A model generated the notes under the pieces. It searched no databases. It saw nothing but the letters and a program-made list of their open reading frames with translations, and was not told the origin of the DNA. Both the position numbers and the translations under genes were made by a program. Shown here piece after piece: positions 1 through 9,158 of a stretch of 59,956 nucleotides of DNA. This DNA is from a virus. Its lineage: Duplodnaviria; Caudoviricetes. Each line of letters begins with the position of its first letter. Position 1 is the first letter of the stretch. The stretch covers positions 1 to 59,956 of the IMG/VR virus record IMGVR_UViG_3300049141_000020; one strand, 5' to 3'.

Positions 1-1
1 G

Positions 2-163
2 CGCACGACCATGCTGAAGCTGCCCCGCGTGCTGACCGGCCCGCAGGTCACCGCCACCAACGACCGGCTGCGTGCCCTGGGCGACCTGATGAGCAACATG
101 CCGCTGCCGAAGGGGCCGATTCCTGGGCGTGGCCTTCCTGGTCGCCCGCCTCGCGGGCGCTAG
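2..163 (+). CDS. 3' end of host DUF4191-type membrane protein gene, with a phage-supplied C-terminus after attL
   Basis: Frame from 2 reads RTTMLKLPRVLTGPQVTATNDRLRALGDLMSNMPLPKGP-IPGRGLPGRPPRGR*; the displaced native tail is at 58897-58959; position upstream of RDD-glnA fits Streptomyces synteny. Confidence 0.8.
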   Translation, partial: RTTMLKLPRVLTGPQVTATNDRLRALGDLMSNMPLPKGPIPGRGLPGRPPRGR

Positions 164-2180
164 TTGCGGCAAGGATGACCCCAGGTCGAACCTTCCCGGT
201 CATCTCCATCTTCGGCAGTTGGTGACGGGGGGCTACAGGCGCCCCGTCACAGCCCTTCATGGCCTCCATGACGCGCTCCCAACGTCCCTGCTTGCTCCAA
301 CGCTTCCAATGCCCGATCAGCCCCTTAGAGCCGGTCTCAGCCTCCAGGGCGGGCCATGATGCCCCCGTGCGAGCCTTCTTCAGGAAGACCTCAAGCACAG
401 TCCGGGGGGCCACCCCTCCCACCTGGCGAGGGACGAGCCCCCCGTTCGGGAAGCCCTCCAGCTCAACAATCCGCTCCCAGACCTGATCATCCAGAGTCGG
501 CACCTCACGCTTGTGCTCTCGGAACCACTCACCGACAGGACAAGCCAGACCGCGACGCATCGCGGGAGGGTTCTCCAGAACCCTGACCTTGATGTCGAGA
601 AGGGCAAGCCACTCCGCTTGATGCTCCTTCGTGACGGTCTCCCCAAGGTGCCCATGCGCCGACTGCGCAAGCGCGTGCAGATCCCTTGCCCGCTGATCAG
701 CCTCCTGAGCTTCCGACTGCCACAGCTCGATGTCAGCCCGCTCCTTCTGAAGCTGCTCAAGCTCCGCGTAGTGCGGAAGGAGCTTCCTTTCCACGGCAGC
801 CTCAGCAGCCTGTCCCGTGAGCCCCTGCCGGGTAACCTGCGTTGCGAACGTGGCCGTCATGAGGTCGATGGTGTCGTTCTTCTCGGCAATCTTCTGGTCC
901 AGAGAAGCAAGGCGAGAGGAGTAGTCCACCTGCTTCTTCGCGGTCGCACCAACCCACTCTTCAGCAAGCGCCATGAGTCGGTCCCGGTCGCCAAGTAGGT
1001 CGCAGACGTTCCCCCAGACCCAGCCCTCAACGCCGTCCGCGTAAATCTGGGAACAAGAGCACGTTGCAGCACCGGCGTACTCGGGCCTCTTGCCGGCGCA
1101 CACGTAGTGCAAGCTCTCGTCCTCCTTGGGGCTGCTGCCTACGTAGTGCGAGCCGCAAGGGCTGAGCAGCCGCCCTGACAGGGGGTACACCCGCCCAGGG
1201 ATCGGGGATTTGGTGTACGTCCGGCCTTCCACGGCTCGCAGCTCGGCCACCTCATCAGGGGTGAACATCCGAGGGATGGTGATGGTGATCGACTCTCCCC
1301 AGACCGGCTTACCGTCCGGCCCGATCTGCGTGCCGTTCTTCTCGTTGCGGAAGATGAACCGGCCCTCAAGCAGGTCGTCGTCCATGAGGCGACCCCTGAT
1401 GTTGGGTCCGGTCCACGGCTTACCCGAGCGGGTGAAGAACCCCTCTGCGTTCAGGTACAGGGCGACCTTCTCCCAGTTCCGGTTTACCCGAATGGCGATG
1501 CGACGAGCCAAGCGCAGTACCTCAGCTTCGTGCACGGCCTCACACGGGTCCGTGCGGGTGCAGGCCTCCCCTCCGTCGCACAGGTCGAGAGTGAGCTTCT
1601 GCTCACCCTTTACGCCCTTGTTGGCGATCCGGTAGCCGTATCGGGCCTGCCCACCAGGGAAGCCACCCATCTCGGCCTTCTCCTGGATGCCGCCCTGGGT
1701 GCGCTGCCGGATGCGGACGAGTTCCTTGAAGGACTCATTCGCCTTGTCGGCCATACGCTGTGCGCCTGCTTCGGTGGTGTTGTCAATGTCCTCATCGACA
1801 ACCGCCACGAAGATGCCAAGATCCTGGAGCTTCCAGACCCATTCCCAGAACACGCGGTTCTGGCGGCCGATGGCTCGCGTCTCGTTGACGCACACCAAGT
1901 CGAACGGTCGCGGCTGCTGAACCGCGAGTTCCATGATCTTGGCGGCGCCCTCGCGCAGCTCCCACGGCAGGGTCCCGGACTCACCCTCGTCGGTGAAGGT
2001 CCCGACATGCGCCCAGCCCTTGCGGGTGATGTGGGCTGCGGTCCGCTTGCCTGTGTAGGCAATGCCGTAACCCTTTGCCTGGTCTTCGGTGGAAACGCGC
2101 AGATAGTCAACCGCGCGAAGCTGCTTTCCGGTGATGGCCCGAGCTGCAATATCGATTGCAGACATGACAGACTTACCCAT
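48..2180 (-). CDS. int: Large serine recombinase (integrase), prophage form; reading frame crosses attL
   Basis: YLRVST catalytic motif, recombinase domain, zinc ribbon (CGSHY...YVC...C), coiled coil, extra C-terminal domain. Confidence 0.93.
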   Translation of the reverse strand: MGKSVMSAIDIAARAITGKQLRAVDYLRVSTEDQAKGYGIAYTGKRTAAHITRKGWAHVGTFTDEGESGTLPWELREGAAKIMELAVQQPRPFDLVCVNETRAIGRQNRVFWEWVWKLQDLGIFVAVVDEDIDNTTEAGAQRMADKANESFKELVRIRQRTQGGIQEKAEMGGFPGGQARYGYRIANKGVKGEQKLTLDLCDGGEACTRTDPCEAVHEAEVLRLARRIAIRVNRNWEKVALYLNAEGFFTRSGKPWTGPNIRGRLMDDDLLEGRFIFRNEKNGTQIGPDGKPVWGESITITIPRMFTPDEVAELRAVEGRTYTKSPIPGRVYPLSGRLLSPCGSHYVGSSPKEDESLHYVCAGKRPEYAGAATCSCSQIYADGVEGWVWGNVCDLLGDRDRLMALAEEWVGATAKKQVDYSSRLASLDQKIAEKNDTIDLMTATFATQVTRQGLTGQAAEAAVERKLLPHYAELEQLQKERADIELWQSEAQEADQRARDLHALAQSAHGHLGETVTKEHQAEWLALLDIKVRVLENPPAMRRGLACPVGEWFREHKREVPTLDDQVWERIVELEGFPNGGLVPRQVGGVAPRTVLEVFLKKARTGASWPALEAETGSKGLIGHWKRWSKQGRWERVMEAMKGCDGAPVAPRHQLPKMEMTGKVRPGVILAATSAREAGDQEGHAQESAPSAAACCSSGRPGHAAGRWWR
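107..120 (+). repeat. attL core CCGAAGGGGCCGAT
   Basis: 13/14 identical to 58897-58910; the host reading frame resumes after attR. Confidence 0.88.
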
Positions 2181-2261
2181 GTCAGTCCTCCCGTGACTGG
2201 CAGGACCCCCTCGGAGCGTTTCTCAGGCCCTCCGGGGGGTCCACTCATGTGGATCGCCTGA

Positions 2262-2435
2262 TCATACGTCAGCTCCCCGCAATCTTGGGGAGAACAGAAG
2301 TTCGAGCATGCGCTGATGGGCGTCCAACGAACCAGGTGCTTCTGTAGCAACCCAGGTCACCGTGTTGCCATCTGAGTCGGTCTCAGACCATCGGAGGGCG
2401 GCCGTCGAATCGCCCTCGGGGTCCGCGGTACCCAT
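2262..2435 (-). CDS. Small protein directly upstream of the integrase; candidate recombination directionality factor
   Basis: ATG at 2435, 57 aa MGTADPEG...RMLELLFSPRLRGADV; function inferred from position only. Confidence 0.45.
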   Translation of the reverse strand: MGTADPEGDSTAALRWSETDSDGNTVTWVATEAPGSLDAHQRMLELLFSPRLRGADV

Positions 2436-2440
2436 TTCCT

Positions 2441-2890
2441 TCAGATCACCACCCGCCTCATCTTGGTACCGAGTTCGAGCCAAACAACCTCTCTGATGCC
2501 CACACCGCGGATGAGCTTCCGGCAGTCGCCGCACGGCTCCCAAGTGACGTAGAGAGTGGCTCCGATTCGATCCTCTGGGCGGCTCCACATGATGGCGTTG
2601 GCCTCGGCGTGGTACTCGATGCAGCCCTCATAGCCGGTACCGGCCGGCGCATCGCTGAGACAGCGTTCGCACTCGCCGGCCTTGCAACTCGGTCCGCCAG
2701 GCTCAGAGCCGTTGTAACCCGTGATGGCTGTCCGGTGATCCGGGCGGACCAGGACCGCGCCGACCTCTTTACGGATGCAGTCGCCGCGGGCTTTTGCGGC
2801 CTCTGCGATCCCGAGGAAGTAGCAGTCCCAGCACGGGCGCCGGTGAGTGCCGTACACGTCCGTGCAGGCGTACCAAGTCTCACAACTCAG
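2441..2890 (-). CDS. dCMP deaminase (start uncertain, possibly CTG 2890)
   Basis: RPCWDCYFLGIAEA, TGYNG, HAEANA and PCGDC zinc motifs. Confidence 0.9.
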   Translation of the reverse strand: MSCETWYACTDVYGTHRRPCWDCYFLGIAEAAKARGDCIRKEVGAVLVRPDHRTAITGYNGSEPGGPSCKAGECERCLSDAPAGTGYEGCIEYHAEANAIMWSRPEDRIGATLYVTWEPCGDCRKLIRGVGIREVVWLELGTKMRRVVI

Positions 2891-3071
2891 GGCTCTGCTC
2901 CTCCGGCCTGGCGTCGAGTGCTGCTTGCACCCCGAAGCGGTTGGCCAGTTCACAGAAGGCAGAGTTGGCAGCCATGCGGGCACGCACATACGCGTCGTAT
3001 GCGTCTTTGTTGGCCTCCAGGTCCTTGTGCGCCTGGCGCAGGGCAGCGGTCAGAGTGGCGCGTTTGCTCAT
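2880..3071 (-). CDS. Hypothetical protein
   Basis: 63-aa ORF tightly packed in the operon. Confidence 0.6.
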   Translation of the reverse strand: MSKRATLTAALRQAHKDLEANKDAYDAYVRARMAANSAFCELANRFGVQAALDARPEEQSPEL

Positions 3072-3257
3072 GGAGTGGGCTCCTCGTACTTGTCACAGGT
3101 CTCCACAGGAATCCACGTGATGTGCGGCTGTCCCTGAGTGTTCACCTGAGTAATGGGCATGATGGTCGGTGTGCGACTGGAGACAATTCCGGTCGTCGCA
3201 CCCAGTGAGGGCCAGCGCAACCAGTGCGCCGGCCCCCAGCAGGGCGAGCTTCTTCAC
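3068..3257 (-). pseudogene. Small lipoprotein gene with an apparent +1 frameshift at ~3167
   Basis: MKKLALLGAGALVALALTGC lipobox; the shifted frame TIMPITQV...CDKYEEPTP* ends in an ATGA overlap with the next gene. Confidence 0.6.
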
Positions 3258-3514
3258 TCGTCGTCCTCGTCCAGGTCCGCATCCCGGATGAGGGCAGCCA
3301 CGGTGTCCGCCAGCAGCTCGGCCTTCCAGAAGTCGCTGGCCATCTCCCGTGCGAGGGAGTACGGCACACTGGCAGCCAGGGCAACCTTCAGGATGTCCCC
3401 GGCGAGGAGGGCGATACCTGCCGCGTACTGGCCGCGCTTCTCCAGACTGGCAAGGGCCAGCTGGCCTTCGAGGTCCGAGATGATGGACTCGGCCTCGGGG
3501 TGGTTCTCGTTCAC
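3254..3514 (-). CDS. Hypothetical protein
   Basis: GTG start overlapping the upstream stop; MNENHPEAES... Confidence 0.6.
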   Translation of the reverse strand: MNENHPEAESIISDLEGQLALASLEKRGQYAAGIALLAGDILKVALAASVPYSLAREMASDFWKAELLADTVAALIRDADLDEDDE

Positions 3515-3651
3515 TCGAAACTCTCCGCTCCGTGGTTTTCTGCACACTCGTGGCAAAGCCATGCCTCTACGCCATCCCAGTCGTAGAGCATGGTGTTATC
3601 TGTGTTTTGGCAGCTTTCGCAGTCTTCGCCGCCCTCGACGTCTTCGTACAT
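3511..3651 (-). CDS. Small Cys-rich (CxxC...CxxC) protein
   Basis: MYEDVEGGEDCESC...CHEC; packed directly after the polymerase. Confidence 0.55.
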   Translation of the reverse strand: MYEDVEGGEDCESCQNTDNTMLYDWDGVEAWLCHECAENHGAESFE

Positions 3652-3658
3652 GAACCCC

Positions 3659-5452
3659 TTAGTGCTTACTGTCTTCGAGGTCGAGAATGGAGCCCCACGA
3701 CCGGTCTCCGATCTCACCCTCAGCAGGAATCAATACGCCCTTGACCGTGAACTCCATGATCCTGGCGGCCTGCTTGGTCAGTTCCTCGGCCCGATCCTTC
3801 GGGAAGGAAAAAACGATCTCGTCATGGATCACGAGACGAACCCAGGGAGTGAACCCAGCACGGTCGAGATTGATCACGGCGCGGGCCGTGATATCCCGAG
3901 ATCCAGATTGGATGTAGTAGTTGAGGGCGGAGTACGCCCGACTCCTGTCCACCGGGAGCCGGCGACCGGTAACGGTGTAGATGTAGCCGTACCGCCTGGC
4001 CTCGGCCATCAGCTTCTTCGAGAGCTTGTCGACCCACGTATAGGTGTCGTTGAACGCCTTGATGGTCCTGCGAGCAACCTCTTCAGTCACTCCGGCATTC
4101 GTCATCAAGGCCTTCCAACCGCCGCCGAACACAGTTAGGAAGTTCGCCTGTTTGCCGGTCTTTCTGGATACCTCAGCGGCATCGGCCGTGATCTGATGAA
4201 GGTCCTTGTCGTTGAGGAAGGCGTCCATCATGACTGGATCCCTCGACTCGGCCGCCAGGAAGCGAAGCTCCATGTTGCCGAAGTCGATGCTGACGCTTAC
4301 GTGCCCCTCTTCCGCGAGGAAAGAAGAGCGAACATAGCCGTCCCCGGCCGGGAACGTCTGTGCCGCGATAGCGCCCGATATTGACATCCGTGCCGTTCTA
4401 GCCCCCATTGAATTCACCGAGGCATGTACGCGCCCTTCAGAGTCCATGCCGTTGATGGCGGCTTCGAACCACGTCTTCCGCCACTTAGCGGCCTTCGTTG
4501 CCTTCTTGACTGCCTCGGCCAAGGGATGATCGATGGAGTCCAGAACTTCGGCGTCCATGCTGAAGTTGCCCTTGGGGGTCTTCTTCGTGAGCTTGAAGCC
4601 GAAGCTCTGAAACGCCTCAATCAGTTGCTTGTCGGAGTTGACATTCTCAACCCACTGACTTGCGACCTCGACCCACTTCTCTTCCTCGGTCTTCAGCTCG
4701 GCAATACGCATCTCTGCGTACTCCCGGTCAACCAGGTAACCCGTGCGCTCCGTCTTCGCCATGACGTGTGCGAGCCGGTGTTCCCAGCCGATCAGGCCCT
4801 TAGCCTTTGAGCGGGCCGGCACCTTGGGCAGAAGGATGTGCAGCAGCCGGTAGGCCCATATCGGGTCGGTGCCGGCGTACAGCAGATAGTCATGGTCGAA
4901 CGTCCTGACGATCGGCCAGATGTCCGCCTTCTTGACCTTGTACCGCTTGGCTATCTGGGCCATGGAGCCCTTGACCTCGTCGGCCGCAACGGGGTCGACG
5001 TAGTACTTGATCAGCTCTTCGAGTTTGAGGCCGGGGCCGCCTTCCTTGACCTGCCGCGGGTCAACAAGGTGGGCGAAGATCTTGGTGTCGAACATCTTCG
5101 GAGCCAGCTCTTCGAGCGGGATGCCGAGTGTTCGTTCACTGACGTGCTGGTCGAACGTGCCGTTGTGGGCGATCAGCCAGCGAGCCTTGCGAAGCGCCCA
5201 GATGGCTGCGGCCTTGAACTGAGGGTTGATCTCGACCGGTAGAACCCAGCTTTCAATTCCGTTTCCGAACTGCGCCAGCCGGATGCGGAAGCCGCGGTCT
5301 GAGTTCCACCAGTCGAGCCCGGTCGTTTCCGTATCGAAGCCCAACACAGGGTTGGCTGCCACGAAGTCAATGAACTTGTCCAGGTCCCAGGGGGTCTTAG
5401 CTACGTTGATCCGTACCGTCTGGCGTTTGATCTTGTAGGTTATGACCTGCAT
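3659..5452 (-). CDS. DNA polymerase I family (3'-5' exonuclease + polymerase)
   Basis: FDTETTG ExoI, DFGNMELR motif A, RKTGKQANF motif B, IHDEIV motif C. Confidence 0.96.
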   Translation of the reverse strand: MQVITYKIKRQTVRINVAKTPWDLDKFIDFVAANPVLGFDTETTGLDWWNSDRGFRIRLAQFGNGIESWVLPVEINPQFKAAAIWALRKARWLIAHNGTFDQHVSERTLGIPLEELAPKMFDTKIFAHLVDPRQVKEGGPGLKLEELIKYYVDPVAADEVKGSMAQIAKRYKVKKADIWPIVRTFDHDYLLYAGTDPIWAYRLLHILLPKVPARSKAKGLIGWEHRLAHVMAKTERTGYLVDREYAEMRIAELKTEEEKWVEVASQWVENVNSDKQLIEAFQSFGFKLTKKTPKGNFSMDAEVLDSIDHPLAEAVKKATKAAKWRKTWFEAAINGMDSEGRVHASVNSMGARTARMSISGAIAAQTFPAGDGYVRSSFLAEEGHVSVSIDFGNMELRFLAAESRDPVMMDAFLNDKDLHQITADAAEVSRKTGKQANFLTVFGGGWKALMTNAGVTEEVARRTIKAFNDTYTWVDKLSKKLMAEARRYGYIYTVTGRRLPVDRSRAYSALNYYIQSGSRDITARAVINLDRAGFTPWVRLVIHDEIVFSFPKDRAEELTKQAARIMEFTVKGVLIPAEGEIGDRSWGSILDLEDSKH

Positions 5453-5467
5453 CAGGGCCTTTCAGGT

Positions 5468-5593
5468 TCAGAGGTCGCGCATTGCTTTGCAGAAGGCTTG
5501 GAAGAAAGCGCCGAGGATGTATCCGGCACCCCACCCCAGGACTCCGAGCAGAATCGCAGCGAGGAGAAGAGCCAGAGTTTCGGCGTTACTCAC
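5468..5593 (-). CDS. 41-aa single-pass membrane protein (absent from the ORF track)
   Basis: GTG at 5593: MSNAETLALLLAAILLGVLGWGAGYILGAFFQAFCKAMRDL*. Confidence 0.6.
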   Translation of the reverse strand: MSNAETLALLLAAILLGVLGWGAGYILGAFFQAFCKAMRDL

Positions 5594-5772
5594 ACCGCCA
5601 CCTCCTTGCAGATGTGGTTACGAGCAGCGGTAACCAGGTCGAACACCGTTACTTCGTTGCCTTCGCAGCACGAGCAGCCGCCCGCGGCGATGACTTCACC
5701 GCACTCAAGGCAGTCGATTTCCGACCCACCGTTGTCCCACCCGATGACTTGAACCAGCTGGAGGTTCGTCAC
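5590..5772 (-). CDS. Small Cys-rich hypothetical protein
   Basis: GTGA overlap with the thyX stop; CLECG...CSCC. Confidence 0.55.
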   Translation of the reverse strand: MTNLQLVQVIGWDNGGSEIDCLECGEVIAAGGCSCCEGNEVTVFDLVTAARNHICKEVAV

Positions 5773-6467
5773 GGAGCCACTCGCCCGTACTTCTCGAAGG
5801 CTGCATGCGTTTGCGGCATGAGGAGTTTGAGCGAGGTTTCCATCTGATCGGCAACCATCTCGATTTCCTTCTGCGGGAAGGAAGGAAAGGATGCGTTGTC
5901 GCGCTTCGTGCGGAGGCTGAGGAAGTGCATGAGGCTGCGCGCGTTGCACGTCGCATAGAACGACGTGAAAACATTTACGGGCAGAACCATGCGGGCCACT
6001 TCGCGGGCAACTTCGAGATCCAGCAGCCGCTTGTACGTGCTGTAAGCCTCAGTACTGATCCGCCGCAGATCCCCGCTGACGGTTACCTTCTGCTTGTAGT
6101 CCCCAGCAACGAACCGGTAGGCGCCGGCCTTGCCGATCTGTCGCAGCGGCCGGTCGTCGGCCGGCACATAGAAGACCGGGAGCATTTCCTTGTACCTTCC
6201 CGACTCCTCGTTATATGACCATCCGGCCCTGTGGCGCATGAATTCACGCGCCACGAAGATCGGGGCTTCGATGTAGAAGGTGAAGTGCGTGTGCTCGAAG
6301 GGACTGCCGTGCCTGTCACGCATAAGGAAATTGACCAGGCCCTCAGTGGGAAGGTTGAGGTCCAGCCCGTCAGCACCGATCGTCGAGACTCGCGCAGCAA
6401 CCGCGACATCGAAGTCACGTGCACTGTTCTTCAGGCAGTCGACATACACGTCAGACCGGAATTGCAT
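5769..6467 (-). CDS. thyX: Flavin-dependent thymidylate synthase
   Basis: HGSPFEH, RHR-x6-ESGRY signature, EVARMVLP. Confidence 0.95.
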   Translation of the reverse strand: MQFRSDVYVDCLKNSARDFDVAVAARVSTIGADGLDLNLPTEGLVNFLMRDRHGSPFEHTHFTFYIEAPIFVAREFMRHRAGWSYNEESGRYKEMLPVFYVPADDRPLRQIGKAGAYRFVAGDYKQKVTVSGDLRRISTEAYSTYKRLLDLEVAREVARMVLPVNVFTSFYATCNARSLMHFLSLRTKRDNASFPSFPQKEIEMVADQMETSLKLLMPQTHAAFEKYGRVAP

Positions 6468-6528
6468 ATTTCTCCCATGCAAAAGGGGAGCCAGGCCGTA
6501 CCCGGCTCCCCATCAACAGCGTGCGGTG

Positions 6529-7062
6529 TTACTTGTTGGCCTTGAAGCTGCCGTCCTTCTGCTTCCACAGCGGCTCGCACTTGTCGCCGTCCGGACCGTC
6601 GCAGAAGAGGGCCGTCCAGTTGGCCTTGGAGACGAGAGAACGACCGTGCGGGCAGTCGTCGCCGGCCGTCTTCGGGGCCTGGTCCCCGCTGTCGCGGCGC
6701 TCGACCTTGCCGCCGTTGAACCGCTTCGGGGCCTGGCCCCCACCGGGGTTGCCTCCGCTGCCCTTGTACTGGCTTCGGGTGTAGTCCGCGGCCTTCGTGG
6801 CGAGGTCGATGAGACCTTCGTTCTTCATCGCGGCCAGCAGCTCGGCGCCGCGCCGGGCAGTCTCCTCAGCCGTGAAGCCGTTCACTCGGGGAGTCAGCCA
6901 CTCAGCGTCAAAGCCGCTCGCGGCCTTGAGGGTGACGCCGATCTCGAAAGGGGGCGGGCCGTCATTGGCAGAAGTCGTCAAAGGCTTGGTCTCCTTGTTG
7001 TTGGGGGTTTCGGGCTTTTCGTCCCACGGCGAACGCTCGTCGAACGGGTCGGGGTAGCTCAC
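6529..7062 (-). CDS. Conserved actinophage protein, possibly ssDNA-binding
   Basis: Gly-rich linker and C-terminal CPHG...FC...C; lies between thyX and RNR as in cluster A-like phages. Confidence 0.55.
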   Translation of the reverse strand: MSYPDPFDERSPWDEKPETPNNKETKPLTTSANDGPPPFEIGVTLKAASGFDAEWLTPRVNGFTAEETARRGAELLAAMKNEGLIDLATKAADYTRSQYKGSGGNPGGGQAPKRFNGGKVERRDSGDQAPKTAGDDCPHGRSLVSKANWTALFCDGPDGDKCEPLWKQKDGSFKANK

Positions 7063-7103
7063 TCAGGAATTCCTTCCTCTGTTTCCAGCATGCAGGGCCT
7101 TCC

Positions 7104-7117
7104 TAACGGATTCAACC
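7104..7117 (+). promoter_or_regulatory. Repeated operator/stoperator-like motif TAACGGATTCAACC
   Basis: Copies at 7104, 13408, 14460, 51018, 52529; inverted at 15700, 16479, 58410, 58424; all at gene boundaries or intergenic. Confidence 0.75.
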
Positions 7118-7144
7118 TTGAAGGCGTGTGAGGACATTCACTGA

Positions 7145-9154
7145 TCAGATGGGGCAAGCGCCGCTTGCGCAGATCTCATCGAAGCCGGTGTCCTCGGTGT
7201 CGATCCCGAGGAGCGCGGCTTCCTCGATGTAGTCCTCGCGCGTGATGCGCTGATACGGGGCCTGGTCCCGGCTCATCTCCGGGAAAATAGTGCTGCCCTT
7301 GAGCATCGGCATGTAGGTCAGCAGGATGGCAGCTACGTCTTCCACGGTGTACTTCTCCGGGTCGACGGAGGCCGTGTAACTCACCGCCTGGTCTGCCCAG
7401 TGGGTCTGATAGAGCACCTGAACGTTCAGCATGTCCTCAAGGGAGAGCATCCCGGCGTGCTCGATCACGGACGGATCCATGACCTGAGACACCAACGGGT
7501 CCTTGGTCGGGATCTCGACTACCGAGGTGTTGGCCGCGTAGATGCACGCCTCGGTGTAGTAGCCCTGGGCCTCGTACTCATCGACCTTTCGCGCCTCTTC
7601 CGGCTCCACCATAGAGAAGCGGATACGACGAATGAAGTAATCAGCGAAAGGAGCATGAATTCCCTCCCCGGAGACGCCGGCTACCTTACTGATCGTCCCA
7701 GTCGGGGCGATGACCCGCTTCTTGATCGGGACCGGAATCCTCATGAGATTCGCGTACTCGATGGCGGCTTTGTCCACCTCTTCAGCCAGGGCCTCAAGCG
7801 TCCTCTGGACCTGCCAGTTCGCCGCAGCCTCGCTGTACCGCAGGCCCCTCTTCGCTAGGAAATCAGCGAAGCCTGTATGTCCGACGCCTATACGCCGATA
7901 CTTGGCGATGGCCTCAGCGCTCTTGGGGTCGGCCACCCGCGCACAGGTGGCACGGATCAGGTATCGAGTCACCAGCCGGTGAGCTTCAAGCAGGCCTCCA
8001 GAGTCCAGCTCACCGAACTCGTTCACGAACGCCCCGAGGTTGACCGAGCCCAGGTTGCACGGCTCGGCCGGTGTCAGCAGGGCCTCACCACACGGGTTCG
8101 TCGTGTAGACCCCGTCCACCTCGCCCACGGCGCTCAGGGAGCTGTTCCAGAAGCCCGGCTCACCGTTCTTCAGGGCGCCTTCCGCGAGGCTGTTGAGCAC
8201 GAGCTGAGCACCTACGTGGCCATCTTCCACGGCCTTCAGGAAAGCGTCGTCGATCTCAACCGAGATGTTCGTCGTCCAGTGCCTCGACTGGTCGGCCTTA
8301 GCCGACAGGAACATGTCGATCTGCACGTCATCCCACCGCATGATGGACATGCGAGCCGAACGCCGGACTCCCCCGCTCACGATGCACCGGGCAATCTCGT
8401 GGTCGATCGACATAGCGTCCATGCCCGACAGAGGCCACCCGGCCGCGTCCGACAGGATCTCTCCGACCTTGATCAGCATTTCCGCGAAGGGCGCCGGCCC
8501 CGAAGCCGTGCCACCGAACGACCGCAGTGGGGCGCCCTTGGCTCGCACTCGGGACACGTCGTACACGCGGTCCTCGTGCTTCACGTCGTGACGATGAGCC
8601 GTGTGGATCAGGTCCGCCAGAGCATCCGCCCAGCCCTCCCGAGAGTCCTCGACGCCGTAGGCGCCGGCCCACGTGTATGCGTAGTCCTCGGAGATGAGCC
8701 CTGCCTCCACCATGTCCTTGTAATCCGGGTGGCCCGGGTCGCAGACGATATGGACTCGAAGGGCGTTCTCAACCTCAGGGAAGTTGGTCAGGTAGTGGTT
8801 TGAGTAGTTGGCTCCGACGCCTCCACCTTCGGCCAATCGCAACAGAGTGAAGGTGAAGTGCTCGGCCGGGTCGTCCTCGTACCAGCCAGCCGCCCAGCAG
8901 TTGTTCAACGCATAGTCATTGATGCCGCTGCTCTTGAGATGACGCCCGGCCGGCATCACCTTCCAGGACTCGATCAGCTCGACCAGGCGCTCAGCCTCGC
9001 CGTCCTCGATGTACCGATCAGGGACCAGGGCGACGTTGCCAGCCACCACCCGGCGAACGGTCTGGGGCCAGGTCTCCAGCTCGCCAGAGGGCAGCTCGCG
9101 CCGGTAGGTGCGCTCGTAGACAGTCTTGGCCGTCTCGGTATTCCAGTTAGTCAG
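7145..9154 (-). CDS. nrdJ: Class II (B12-dependent) ribonucleotide reductase; probable CTG start at 9154
   Basis: GGGVGANYS, SGGVRRSA, TNPCGE, APTGTIS, C-terminal CASGACPI; N-terminal VYERTYRR...ETW lies upstream of the first canonical start. Confidence 0.92.
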   Translation of the reverse strand: MTNWNTETAKTVYERTYRRELPSGELETWPQTVRRVVAGNVALVPDRYIEDGEAERLVELIESWKVMPAGRHLKSSGINDYALNNCWAAGWYEDDPAEHFTFTLLRLAEGGGVGANYSNHYLTNFPEVENALRVHIVCDPGHPDYKDMVEAGLISEDYAYTWAGAYGVEDSREGWADALADLIHTAHRHDVKHEDRVYDVSRVRAKGAPLRSFGGTASGPAPFAEMLIKVGEILSDAAGWPLSGMDAMSIDHEIARCIVSGGVRRSARMSIMRWDDVQIDMFLSAKADQSRHWTTNISVEIDDAFLKAVEDGHVGAQLVLNSLAEGALKNGEPGFWNSSLSAVGEVDGVYTTNPCGEALLTPAEPCNLGSVNLGAFVNEFGELDSGGLLEAHRLVTRYLIRATCARVADPKSAEAIAKYRRIGVGHTGFADFLAKRGLRYSEAAANWQVQRTLEALAEEVDKAAIEYANLMRIPVPIKKRVIAPTGTISKVAGVSGEGIHAPFADYFIRRIRFSMVEPEEARKVDEYEAQGYYTEACIYAANTSVVEIPTKDPLVSQVMDPSVIEHAGMLSLEDMLNVQVLYQTHWADQAVSYTASVDPEKYTVEDVAAILLTYMPMLKGSTIFPEMSRDQAPYQRITREDYIEEAALLGIDTEDTGFDEICASGACPI

Positions 9155-9158
9155 GGCC

